NCBI RefSeq assembly: GCF_033153115.1
Contig: NW_026889832.1
Location: 1,302,001-1,366,000 of the forward strand
From: Saccostrea echinata
Lineage: Eukaryota
DNA length: 64,000 nucleotides
Reading direction: 5' to 3'
Shown here: piece by piece, positions 41,301 to 52,409 of the stretch
Numbering within the stretch: position 1 is the stretch's first letter
How the letters are laid out: each line of letters starts with the position of its first letter
The notes under the pieces: model-generated
Database searches by the model: none
Told to the model about the DNA's origin: nothing
Seen by the model: only the letters and a program-made list of their open reading frames with translations
Program-made: the position numbers and the translations under genes

Positions 41301-42728
41301 AGTGTCCTTGCCTAGTAATGCCGGTCCTTTACCATCCAGTACATAGAATTCTTCTCTGCTGTTACCAGTTTCTTGAATTGATGCCTGCGTTCTGAATCTA
41401 CCAAGTAATTTTAAGGGTTCCGTAGAACTGTAAGAAAAGAGCTTTTTCTCGCACTTCTCTGACTGACACTTAATACGTTTCTTCTTCAGAGATTCCCAAA
41501 GTTCTTTGTCAATAATATTTGCTGACGCCCCACTGTCAATGACGAACTCCACGGGATTTCCTCCAAGACTGACTGTCACTTTATCCGACAACTTGTCCCC
41601 TGTTTTAAGACTGAATGCATACACATCAGAGTCAGAATCCAGTTCAGAATTATCCACTGTGTGAATTTTCCCTCCTTTGCTTGGTCTGCTTGTAGCCCCT
41701 TTTCCTGATTTCTGCTTTGTTAAACAACATTTCATAAAGTGTCCAACTTTTCCACATTTTCTACACTCTTTATTCCTCGCGGGACACGATATATCTTTGG
41801 CGAAATGACCATCTCGTCCACAACGAAAACACTTATTACCTGGCTTTTTGTTCTGAAATTTTTGTTTCTGTTTGTCAGTTTTTTCACGATGTCCCTGAAT
41901 TCTGTTAACTGACGCCACAATTTCAGTGTCCATATGTCTAGCCTGTACTTCAGTCATTTCATATGTAGCTGCTTTTGTCCTCAATTGTTCTAAAGTCAAA
42001 TCTTTTCCTTTCTCTAACAACTTAGCTCTTATTTTGTGAGACCTACACTTTTCAATCACTTGATCCCGAATTTGCTCATCCTGATTTGCAAAATCACAAT
42101 ACACTGCCTGTTGTCTCAATTTCGTAATAAACTGTTCTACTGTTTCATTCTCGGTTTGTGTTATTTTTCGAAAAACATAACGTTCATACGGCACATTCAC
42201 TTTGTTTTCAAAATGTTTATCTAATGTTTTCACTGCAACTGTGTACACATTGTCACCGTCACCCGCTTGCACTTCATTCAATGTATAAAAAATGTCTTGA
42301 ACTTCTGGTCCTGCACAATGTAATAACAATGCTTTTTTCTGTTCTGGGTCACTTACCCCTTTTCCAACCACAAAAAGTTCAAAACTTCTGTGCCATCTTT
42401 TCCACGCCTGATTTAACTGCGATGGTTCAACATTTGGATCAAATTTCCCAATTCCGTTGAGTTCTATGAGTGTAGCCATTTTGTATTCATCCTCGTCGCC
42501 AGTGAAGAATACTCGAATTTAATCCGTTTTACAAACTTTATTACATGTAACAGGCATTACAGCTTACATCAACATATGCTTTCACACCGACCTCCTGGCT
42601 GCACGCACTACCCATGCTAATACACACTGACACATGACCAACACTAAGAAACATAACTCTTGCACACAAACTCTTACGTACAATACACATTCAGAGTTAC
42701 TTCCCTTAGATAATATCAATCCACTACA
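38358..42728 (-). mobile_element. Gypsy (Mag-like) LTR retrotransposon
   Basis: 226-bp LTRs (38358-38583, 42503-42728) with TG..CA ends and a 5-bp TSD atagc. PBS tggcgacgaggatg (42501-42488) and PPT agaaaagggggtat next to the 3' LTR. Confidence 0.97.
38740..42479 (-). pseudogene. gag-pol polyprotein (gag with two CCHC knuckles, protease, RT, RNase H, integrase), disrupted
   Basis: CFRCGRDGH..C, IDSGA, ISDD RT, TDAS/TDHKPL RNase H and SDNG..NGEVER integrase. Stop at 39987, deletion/frameshift at ~39740 removing the integrase HH region, frameshift at ~39170. Confidence 0.92.
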
Positions 42729-45700
42729 ATAGCTTATGCAAAATTCACGGGTCGTTAAAGGTTTTTTAAGTCTTATATGTCCGAATGTTTTAAAAATACA
42801 CCGCTTACCTACCCTTGATTGAAATTCAGCATGTTCAGAATGCTTATGAAAAATATACTTTTGAAATGTACTCTGTTTTATACCCGTGGTTGAGGTAGAA
42901 TTTATTTTGTGTGTATAAAAGAGTCTGGCGCACGTGATTAATGAGGATTAATCTGAGAATTTCTGTGGAAATCTGTAAGAAGAGGTTGTTCTCTAACTAA
43001 ATCTTGCTTGGGAAAAATGTGTGTTGGCTTTGTTTTAATACAGATTACGATATTGTGTGGAAAATACCCTCAAATTTGTAGGTAAGTTGAATTTCTCAGG
43101 AAATATTTTGTACCCAAGTAATACCATGACTTTTCCCAAGCACATTTCGGATACACAAGGATACGATGAGTTTATTTATATAACAAAATGTTAATAATTA
43201 TCGTGTTAATCAGCTGCGCCGAAGCAATTTATATGAAACACTTCAAAAAATTATAAATGACCGTCACGTGATCAACAAAGTCATGTGATATCATAACAAA
43301 ATATGTTAATATATAGCCGAGGAAACCCTTTATATAAATTGGAAGTACTAAAGTTCAATACTTATAAATTAAAACCAAAACCGACCTCGCAATGACATAT
43401 TATGTTTTGAGCGCATTTTAAAGCTTCGGGAAGCCTTAACATAGCTGCGTAATTTAAAGATTAAGATAATATGGAAAATGTACTACAGTATATTGCTCTA
43501 ATTTATACACATCTTTAGCAATGTTGACGGGGCTAGACAAATAGCATTAGCTGACGCCCGGTGTAGCATTATATTTTGATACCGCGATATGTTGAACCCG
43601 GGTTCAAAAGGGGGGGGGGTTGAAATCAAGTGAAAAAAAGCAAGGCCAAAGTTACTCAGGTGAGCGTTGTGGCCCATGGGCCTCTTGTAATTGTCATAAT
43701 TGTTGCTGTTATTAAAATTGGAGCATTGACTGGAGAACACGCACGCGCTACGAAGTCTCCATAGAATTTGAAATCCCCCCTACCCCTTTTATTTTTTACC
43801 ATGGGAGAGCTAAGTGATCTTGGGTCAAAGTTGGTCCTTCACTGTAATGATATTAAATTAATGCTTCAATTTTGTGTTATTTAAAAACAAAAATAGGACA
43901 AGCATATTTTTTGGTAGGACAAGTAATTTTACGATGGAAACCTGTCTGAGGGCAAGTACTGAAAAATTCTATTCGTATACCCCTGGTTGACATAATTTTG
44001 TTCCATTTATAATAAACAACATTGGATGAACATACCACTTGCTGCAGATATGTACTACATAACATTTTTGTTGATATTCATACAAAACAGTATAAACTTT
44101 TAATTCATTTTAGGGTTTTTAGGCCCTTGCCATAAATTGGCAGAGGGCATATAGTGTTACCCTGTTCCGTCATTCTGTCATCATTGACTTTCCATTCATT
44201 TTCTCGGCAACAGTTGCAAACATTTAACTCAAATTTGACATACGGATACGCCATAGGAATGTATACACAAGTCAACTTCGAATTTAGTCATGGTCAGATG
44301 ATTTTTGACAGAGTTATCCCCCTTGAACTTAGAAAAAAATCAGAAATTTTCAGTTTCCGCTCTCTAAATTTTGTAGGAATGTATGTATAAGGTTGAAATT
44401 GCATATGTAGGTATTTTTCCAGAAAATACAGGTCAAATACAAATTTGGTCCTGATGCAAACAAATTTAAAACTAAATATGGCATTTGAAATTTTAACTGC
44501 TTGCGGGGGGCATTCTTGGCGTTATTACGCCTCTAGTTTCTAATTAAAAAGCTTTACTGCAAATTAAACAGGCACATGAAGAATTCACCTTGACTTTTGG
44601 AATGTCTTACCTTTTACTACTGGTGATGGATATATTTAAAATGGATGATTTGTCTTCCAAACCTATCCATCCTTTAATAAAGGAAAACATGAAAAATAAA
44701 CACACGCAGGACAAGAAGATGATTTTCAATGAAATTATGGATAGCATCTTGGACAGAGCAATGATTTTGCCCAATTTTATGGTATAAAAGAATTTATTTT
44801 ACCTGGTTTAGTACATTTATTGATGTTAATTTCTTTCGACTGATGTATGTAAACTCTAAGGGCATATTTTATACAACCTTCCTAAGTCAAGAGTTTCTGA
44901 TTCATTCCGATTCACATTAACCTTTGACGGAAATAACAGAGGTCAATAGAGTTCAAAACGTATTCAGTAAAACAGGCTTATAATGAATTGATGTTCATTC
45001 CCCATGAGTCTAAACATATTATGAAGCTAACAGATATAACGAAGCAAAATCACCCGTCCCTGGCATTTTGTTGTCAGTTCTCTTCTTTCGAGGGTTTATG
45101 TGGAGTGGTGTGGATCAGAAACCCTAGACTCGAGAAGATGATTTCATACCCCTGCCAAAAAGGTTGGAGGGGAGGGTATTTTCAGGAATCGTGTCTGCCT
45201 ATCAGTGGAGTATGTCAAAAGCTTGAGTTTTTCTGATCAAAATTTGTTGTTGATGTCTCATATTCTTCACTAGACAAAATTCAACCAAACTTGGCAAAAA
45301 GCATCCTTGGGCCAGAAAGATGAAACTTATTCGGAAGTTCTAAAATTTTAATAGCTAACTTTGCACCCTTAAATCTTGTTATTAGTCCATTATTGAACAC
45401 TATATGTTTCTAGCTTGTGTACATCCATATTCAAGCATATAGAAGGCTCAATTGAAGATGTTTTATTATTTTGGTTTCATGAATGTTCCTCTGTTAAGCA
45501 AATTATGTCAGTGTTTTCCACAGGCCATTTTTACATTGGGTGTCAATGGAGGCCTACTCAGTGTGTAGAAAAAATGCGCAACACAGCACATTAAAAAAAA
45601 GCCCAGTGGCATTAAAGGGGGGAGAGGGGGAACTAGTAGCAACAATTTTTTTTTTATGAATGCATCTATTTTATTAAAAAAAAAAGGGTTTGTTCTTTTA

Positions 45701-46990
45701 TTAAAAGTTAAATTGACAATTTATTCCAAATATATTTATTATTTAAATTAAGGGGGGGGGGGGCACCGCAAAGCTGAAAATCCCCTCACAAAGAGTATAT
45801 AAATGTGCCATGCCCCCTTTCAAGGGGAAATAATTAAGAATTTATGAAAATTTGGTTGCATCTTCCTTTCCTTCCAATCCCCCAACCCCCAATTCAATAC
45901 TGAACTGATTTCTGCTTCTTCTTAGCCAATGTGCTCAGGTGAGCGATGTGGTCCAAGGGCCTCTTGTTAATATTCCTGTGAGCTGAGGTTGACCAAAGAT
46001 ATATTTCTAGTTTAATTTGCTGTTACTTTTGGATTTGAATTTAAGGTAATTTTTAACAATTTACAGGGGGAAGAGAATGCAGACTTAATTTTGTGTGTTG
46101 GATCAAATGAAACAAAGATAGCAGCAACTAATATTGATGGAAGAATTTCATTGAACCTTATTTATGCAGATAAACAGTATAGGATGAACTTATCATATGA
46201 TGAAATCAAATCTTCTACCACTGGAATTTTTGTCAACATAGACACAGAAAATGGTATCATTCCAGTAAACATTCGTCTGAATTCTACTGATGAACGCATA
46301 ATTATGTCAAATGTTTTATGCAATGGTACTTTGTGCTCATTAATTCCAATGATGCAATCAAAGAAGGAGACTAGAACAAATGTTATTTTGAAACTTCCAA
46401 TACCATTTTTCTACAGTCATTCTGCTCTCTCAAAGTACATGGTTGAGTGCATCGACTACATTCTGAAAACCGAAGTGATGTTGTCACATCAGCTTTCCCT
46501 ACGTGTGCGAGCAGGATCTTTTGTTAATACAAAAGGAGGAAAAGGCAACAACAAAGCTAGATATCTTAAAAGAAAACCAGGTCAAAATGTTGAAAAATTA
46601 ATATGTGGACTTGGCTCGAACAAAACTAATAATGCCATAGTCATCATATCAAAGGCTGCACCAGTGATTGAGTCAATTGTAGAAAACTTTGACTCTGTTA
46701 TTAAACTCAAGGAAATCAACACCACACACAAAAAATTGAAATGATGGGAGACGTCAGCATCATCATAAAGTTTTTAAAGGAAAATCAAATATGGACTGAA
46801 ATACTAGGACGAACTCTCAGTGATTACCGTAACATTTCACAGTCCCCATTTACATTCTCTCGACACATATTCAGAATGGATTTAATGAATGTTGTTCACA
46901 GGCTTAGACGAGGTCTAGTAGAATTAAACATTATGTCAGATGATTCGGACGAGGAATCAGACTGAGTGTTTCCGATTTTAATATTCAAAA

Positions 46991-49900
46991 TTAGTTACCT
47001 GTAGCTACCACTTTGCAATTAGAGCAACACATTTCTGATGGAACTTGGTGTTGACCGCCAAATCCAAAATATTTCAGTACAAATGATCTTAGACAAGTTT
47101 TGGTCTTGACATATTCAATCATTATGGGATATAATCCTCTACGATTACTTGCAATGTCATTATTGTTATAGTACGTTATTGCTTTTGCATTTTGTCCACT
47201 TCGACTAGCCCTACCAACCTCTTGAACATATTTCTCAATGCTTGTTGGTGGTCGCATGTGAATTACCCTAGAAACTGAAGGTGAGTTTAGCCCCATCCAA
47301 AGTGATACACTTGCAAATACTAATCTAAGTTTCGGATTTTTGATGGAAAGTTCAGCCACAATGTGTAATTTCATTTTTTCAGAATAATCTTTATGATATT
47401 GCCCAAAAATTCTGTTTTCTGGTATTTTTTTTCACCTTCAGGACTGTATGCTTGGTCACCCAGTATGTCTTGGCAGAACATGTAACTGTAACCTATGGCC
47501 TCTAAGTTGTCACAATATACAATTGTGACGGGGTTATCAAGCTTGAGTTCTTTCAGCTCCTCACAAATACCTAACAAGATTTCATCATATTTCTCATGCT
47601 TTTTGATGTTGGGAAGCCGTGTCCGAACTTCATAGAATATGTTTATTCTGTCTGTATTTTCAATGACAACAGCAGGATTGTGAAACTCTAAAGTGTTGCA
47701 CAGTTGCTGAATATCTTGTATTGTTGAAGTTGCTGTCAATGCTAAGTGAGGCACATGACTAAAGATGCTTGTAAGTTGTCCTAACTTCGAAAACGCTTTC
47801 CGAACTTCTTTACCCCTACAAAATTTAAAATTGTATGCTGCTGTTGTTAAATTGCTAGGACCCATTGTATTGATATTTACTAGGCCTTTCCAAGTTCTTC
47901 CTATGTTTAGCGTCTGCGTGCACTTTGGTTTTTGACACAACATAGCAGAAAAAACAAACAAAATCAGAAGCCCTAAAATTGATTATTCTAGTCAAAATCT
48001 CTTAAATTCTTTTAATTATATCAATTTCTGAAAATATTTTTCTACAATATTATGTTTATTTTAAGAATTTAATACAATGATTTTGCTAAAGAATTTATCT
48101 TTCTTCGAGAAAATCATTAACAAAATCAAATGCTTTGAATGATGTCATTTTTAAGACTATAAAGTCTGTGTTTTATTTTTTAGCTTTTGTGTTTTTTTGC
48201 GAATACTGAGGTAGGTACATATGTAGGTTTTTAAAGATGGATGGACGCTAAACAGAGAAAAAACTTGGAATGGCCTTCCTTTGAACATTAACATGACAGC
48301 AGTGATGTGCAATGTGTATATGTAATTTTACCTATGTACATTTACATGTATATGTCTGATTATATTTAATTGAATATGTGTGGCTTTTGACATATATGAT
48401 TGAGCTGTTTTGTACTGAGAACATATTCAGAATAAATTTGTTAATGATTTTGACATTGACTAATTGATATATTTGCAAAATAATAGATTATCACTCTGAA
48501 ATCATGTGCACTTCATCAATTGCTGTGCAGCATACATTATCCTGATAAAGTTTACTTCTCAGTATCTTTCCAATTATTTTATTGTCTGTTAGTGTCTTGG
48601 GGTGTGCATATATCAAATGGTAGCCCCCATTCTGGAAGTCACTCATAGAAACACTTGAGTATGCAAAGGTTTCTTGACTTGCTCCATCAGCATCCTCATC
48701 TCTGAAGGAGAATTTACAGTCAATTTGTGGAAAAGAACAAACAAGGAGCAGGAATTTGTATGATATATTGAAAATACTGCTGTTGTCATTGAAAATACTT
48801 TCAGTTCATCTGAACTGAAAGCTCAGGTGAGCTTTTCTGATCACATTTTGTATTTCTACCTATTCGCCCGTTCAGCTGTAAACTGTTCACATTGTCGAGT
48901 TCTCCAGAAGTACTTGACCAATTTCAACTAAACTTGTCTCGGAGCATCCTTGGGTGAAGGGGATATCAGTTTTTTTTTTTAAGGGTAATGCCCTTGTTCA
49001 AGAGGAGATAATTAAGAATAAGTGAAATTTGGTGACATCTTAAAAACCACAATGTTACAACTTGTATTAAAGCTTCATTAAATAGTGTAGATTCAATGGG
49101 ACAGTCAGGCAAAAAAAAATTGTGAAACTTGGTAGCTTATTAACTCCAACTCCAAGATCGGGCTAAGTTTACAAGTTTATTAATAAGTAAATTTACTCAA
49201 GTATGACTATCTTTTATTTACTCATTGACATCTTGCAGAAAATAGGACTATCTTTTCAATACAGAGGTCAGACCTCCCAGTTGGTCATATATAAATAAAT
49301 AAACTGAAAGTGGACCTACTTAACTCCTGATCTAGCGTTACTTTAAAGAATATTAAAAGTAAGATTAAAAAATATTATATATATTACATACCCCCTTGTT
49401 ACACAGAGGAGTATTAAGGATATGAGGTATAAAAAGGGTAGGAGTATATGAAAGTCTATAAATAGAGCCTAGTGACAAGAGAGCTGGGACCAAACTTCCA
49501 AAAATATTTGTTTGCAGTTCCTGATCTATAATATTTGACTAGTTTGCTGGGTGTTTTTTTTTTTTTTTTTTTTTTTGTTAGATAACAAAAATAGACTGAA
49601 CATAATTTATAATCTTCATTTGTTATAAGCCATTGATTTAAAGAACAGAAAATGAAAAGTTTCAATATCTGAATGCTTGAAACTTAAAACAAATGTAATA
49701 CTACTAAAAAGCTTGAAAAAAGTTTGGGTCTGTTGCATTTTCAGGGGGTCAGTAAGCAACTGCAAACAAACAAATTCTTATTTTAGACCTGAGTAGACTA
49801 ATAAGACTGTCAAAGGAGAGGTGTTATATATTTTAATTACCTCGTGGAATTGAAAGTGAAGTAACGGCCACTTGTTCCTTCTATGTTAAGAAACATGGCC

Positions 49901-50176
49901 TTAACTCCCCTCAAACACAACTGCCTAACCTGGTCTTGCATGATGGAATTTAACGGTGAAACGATGAAAACAATCATAGGCCGAGCTTGCCGAATTTTCT
50001 CTGCAATAGATACGGCAATAACTGAAAAAGAATGCTTTTGTCATATCCAGTAGGCAGTACCGCCATTGTATCTCTACCTCAAAGACATTTTTCAAAGTTT
50101 CAATTTGCTTGTCGCGCAAATTAAATGAAATATCTAAACAAGACTCAGCATAAGCTTTGTCTTCTGCAAAGCCCAT
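46991..50176 (-). pseudogene. RecQ-like SF2 helicase of AcademH, three exons (50176-49841, 48701-48492, 47815-46991), decayed
   Basis: LRDKQ, LPTGYDKS (mutated Walker A), SPLNSIMQDQV, AIDEVHMISEWG, LALTAT, IVYC, QEVGRASRSG and C-terminal CLR..YFG..CCSNC. Contains frameshifts and one mutated splice donor. Confidence 0.88.
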
Positions 50177-50508
50177 GCTGACCTTATTGTCCTTATCTCA
50201 TCCAGCTGTTATTAACTTTCCTTGATTAAATTGTCTTATGATAACTACTTTGATTTAATTTGGACCTTTTATTTAATTAAAAGGAAACACAGAAAAGTCG
50301 GTTAATTTGATTATTGCATCTCAAACTAGACCATTGTGAGTTTTTGATGAGAAGTGGATTATATTATATGAACACTGCATTATTCGGTGGGAATTACTAC
50401 GCGGACCTGTTCACAAAATGCATCGAATTCACTCATGGCGTCCATCGTTTTACATCCGAGGTTACTGTTGATTGTTGAGTTCGCGAGACATCCGAGGAGT
50501 TCCGATTG

Positions 50509-51762
50509 GGACTTGGATATGTCCTTCATGAAGCATCTGAATGATTGTTTCTGAAGAGGTTTTGAAGTGTACCAGATGTCACAGGCACTTGGAAAAGAGA
50601 GAGCATCTTTTAAACAGACATTAAACAGTTGAGTAGCTCCTTTTTCTGTTTTCGACATGAGGAGACAAAGCATTTTGAGAGGACAAAAAGGGGAATCTGG
50701 GATAGCGTAGAAGCGTTTGTCAGCAGGAACTTCATCACTGTGGAGACCACCTTGAAAATTTTTTTGACGAGTCTCATGCCGGAGAACAACATATTCAGTA
50801 TTGCCCTCACTACAGAATTCAAATGAATCGAGACGCAGTTGATGGTGAAATTCAAGGCCGCGAGAAACAAAGTGCACAGACAGATTAAACCAGACACATT
50901 GACGGAGAACAATGGGTGAAAAAGGTGCAGCTTTGAAATAGGAAGAATTTTTTTCGAGATCGTGTTGATTAAGAACTGTTTTATGCATTGTCGGCCTTGA
51001 AGCGCCGCTTTGGGTCATTTGTTTGAGCATCCCATCAAGGGTACGGTTTGCTGATTTGAACACAGTGTCATGAACAATATCAATTGGCCGACCGATGTCT
51101 TGTAGGTGCCTATTGATTGCGGATCTTATGATTTTCAGAGTATTCTTATGGTAGTGCTGTGTTTGAACATCAATCATATTTTCTTTCCTTCTAGTGCATT
51201 CCTTTGGTTTGGTCTCACAGTAAAATTTTCGTAAGTGTGATGCCAGGACTTCAGCTGTCACATTAGCAAAATCAAGTGATTCATCATAGACCTCAGAATG
51301 CCAATCTGAAATATTTATACGACTTTGCTAGGAAAGGGGGAACAGCTTTTAATAGTATTAAAAAAAAAAAAGAAATGTAAGGTTTTTTTTAATTTTATTC
51401 TTTGTTTCAAATCTATTTAAAGGAAAAAGTTTATATTTTTAAAATTATTTACCTTGAAATAATTTAATAGCCGACTTTGTATACATTTTGGTAGATTTTG
51501 ACTGCCTTGCATCTTCAAACTTTTTAAGATCATTTTCAGTACACGACTTGAATCTTTTGGGTACAGCTGGGGTCTCTGGAGGAGGGAGGCATGTAAAGGC
51601 ACTCTCTAACAATTTTTCCTTCATTTCAATCACATTCTGGACAGAGGATACTACTTCCATATTTGATAGATCCAAATTTTCCATAATTTCATCATCAAAG
51701 AGGAGCAATAACTCCTCACAAATTTAATTTTCCCCAATATTAAAGTCTCCATAATCAGCCAT
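50509..51762 (-). pseudogene. Crypton-type tyrosine recombinase (DUF3504/KCTD1-ZMYM-related), N-terminal part; intron 51452-51306
   Basis: Spliced junction KLFQ|DWHSEVY is in frame. Motifs LRKFYCE, IRSAINRHL, FVSRGLE (catalytic R), KNFQGG and CPL. A TAA follows 12 codons after ATG 51762; the next in-frame ATG is at 51684. Confidence 0.88.
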
Positions 51763-52132
51763 GTTTCATGTATAATTTACATGTAAAATGCAGAAGCAGA
51801 CGGATTTGTATAAATACATGGTTTTTATTTTTTCAAGTCATATATATTATGCATTTCTATTCAAGAAAATAAATGATAAATGTAGATTTGTTAATAAATA
51901 CTACAAAACAAGGCTTTGTTTGGCATGTTTTATTGTTTTCAGTTGTGTGACCTAATTTACAATGTTTACATATAGAAAGAAGTACTATTCCATGTAGATA
52001 TTACTACGCCATGTAATTCGACCATGTATTGACCTCTGACCTCTGAAAAACTTCATACAGAAATGAAGATATTTGCTCTCTGTATGTTTATATAATGGAG
52101 AAATACCACAAATGTATATATTTAAATGTGTT

Positions 52133-52134
<2 letters not shown>

Positions 52135-52216
<82 letters not shown>
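52135..52216. repeat. (AT)n microsatellite
   Basis: Direct read. Confidence 0.95.
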
Positions 52217-52219
<3 letters not shown>

Positions 52220-52409
52220 CATTTTTCATCTTCTAGTTTTGGTTTGTACTGATTCTTAGCTCTGAATTTTGAAGCATTTACCAATGAACATACATAGGTT
52301 AGTTCTTAAATCTAACAGGTAATAGTATGACAAACGTCCAGATTTATTTTGAGTGACAAAATCCAGAGCATAGTGAATATTCACTGCTAGTCACTATCAT
52401 GAATATGAA

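Larger units (their letters stand above)
38185..43435. mobile_element. Kolobok-like non-autonomous element (~875 bp without the Gypsy insert)
   Basis: TTAA|ggcttcccgtag ... cttcgggaagcc|TTAA: TTAA TSD, GG..CC termini and a 12-bp TIR with one mismatch. Confidence 0.7.
33484..46965 (+). pseudogene. Academ-family DDE transposase, multi-exon, decayed
   Basis: GT-AG exons at ~33484-33979, 34185-34340, 34771-35088, 36269-36842, 37291-37460, 37954-38070, 44572-44781 and ~46067-46965. Motifs: LFHRLNKVHITLSH, GDNL, GGDQLT..ELFH, GTM, DAIKEGD (shifted frame), KY.VE, FVN..GGKGNN..D...E (shifted frame), GLGSNKT. In-frame stop at 33817 and several frameshifts. Confidence 0.85.
31330..50508 (+). mobile_element. 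AcademH-type DNA transposon (19,179 bp including nested insertions)
   Basis: TIRs at 31330-31396 and 50435-50508 are identical except for a 7-nt indel, with CA..TG ends. 10-bp TSD ggacttggat at 31320-31329 and 50509-50518. Encodes an Academ-type transposase and an opposite-strand RecQ-like helicase. Confidence 0.9.

Noticed and set aside
46991-50176. Host RecQ/WRN/BLM gene
   Set aside because: It lies inside TIRs opposite an Academ transposase, lacks HRDC and other host domains, and is decayed.
31330-50508. Element integrated by the tyrosine recombinase itself (prophage-like or programmed excision unit)
   Set aside because: TIRs, a 10-bp TSD and its own DDE transposase explain the insertion. 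The recombinase is the target and could not excise the element while split.
50380-50508. C-terminus of ORF 50380-51261 (QSELLGCLAN...)
   Set aside because: Read-through into the AcademH right TIR, not recombinase sequence.
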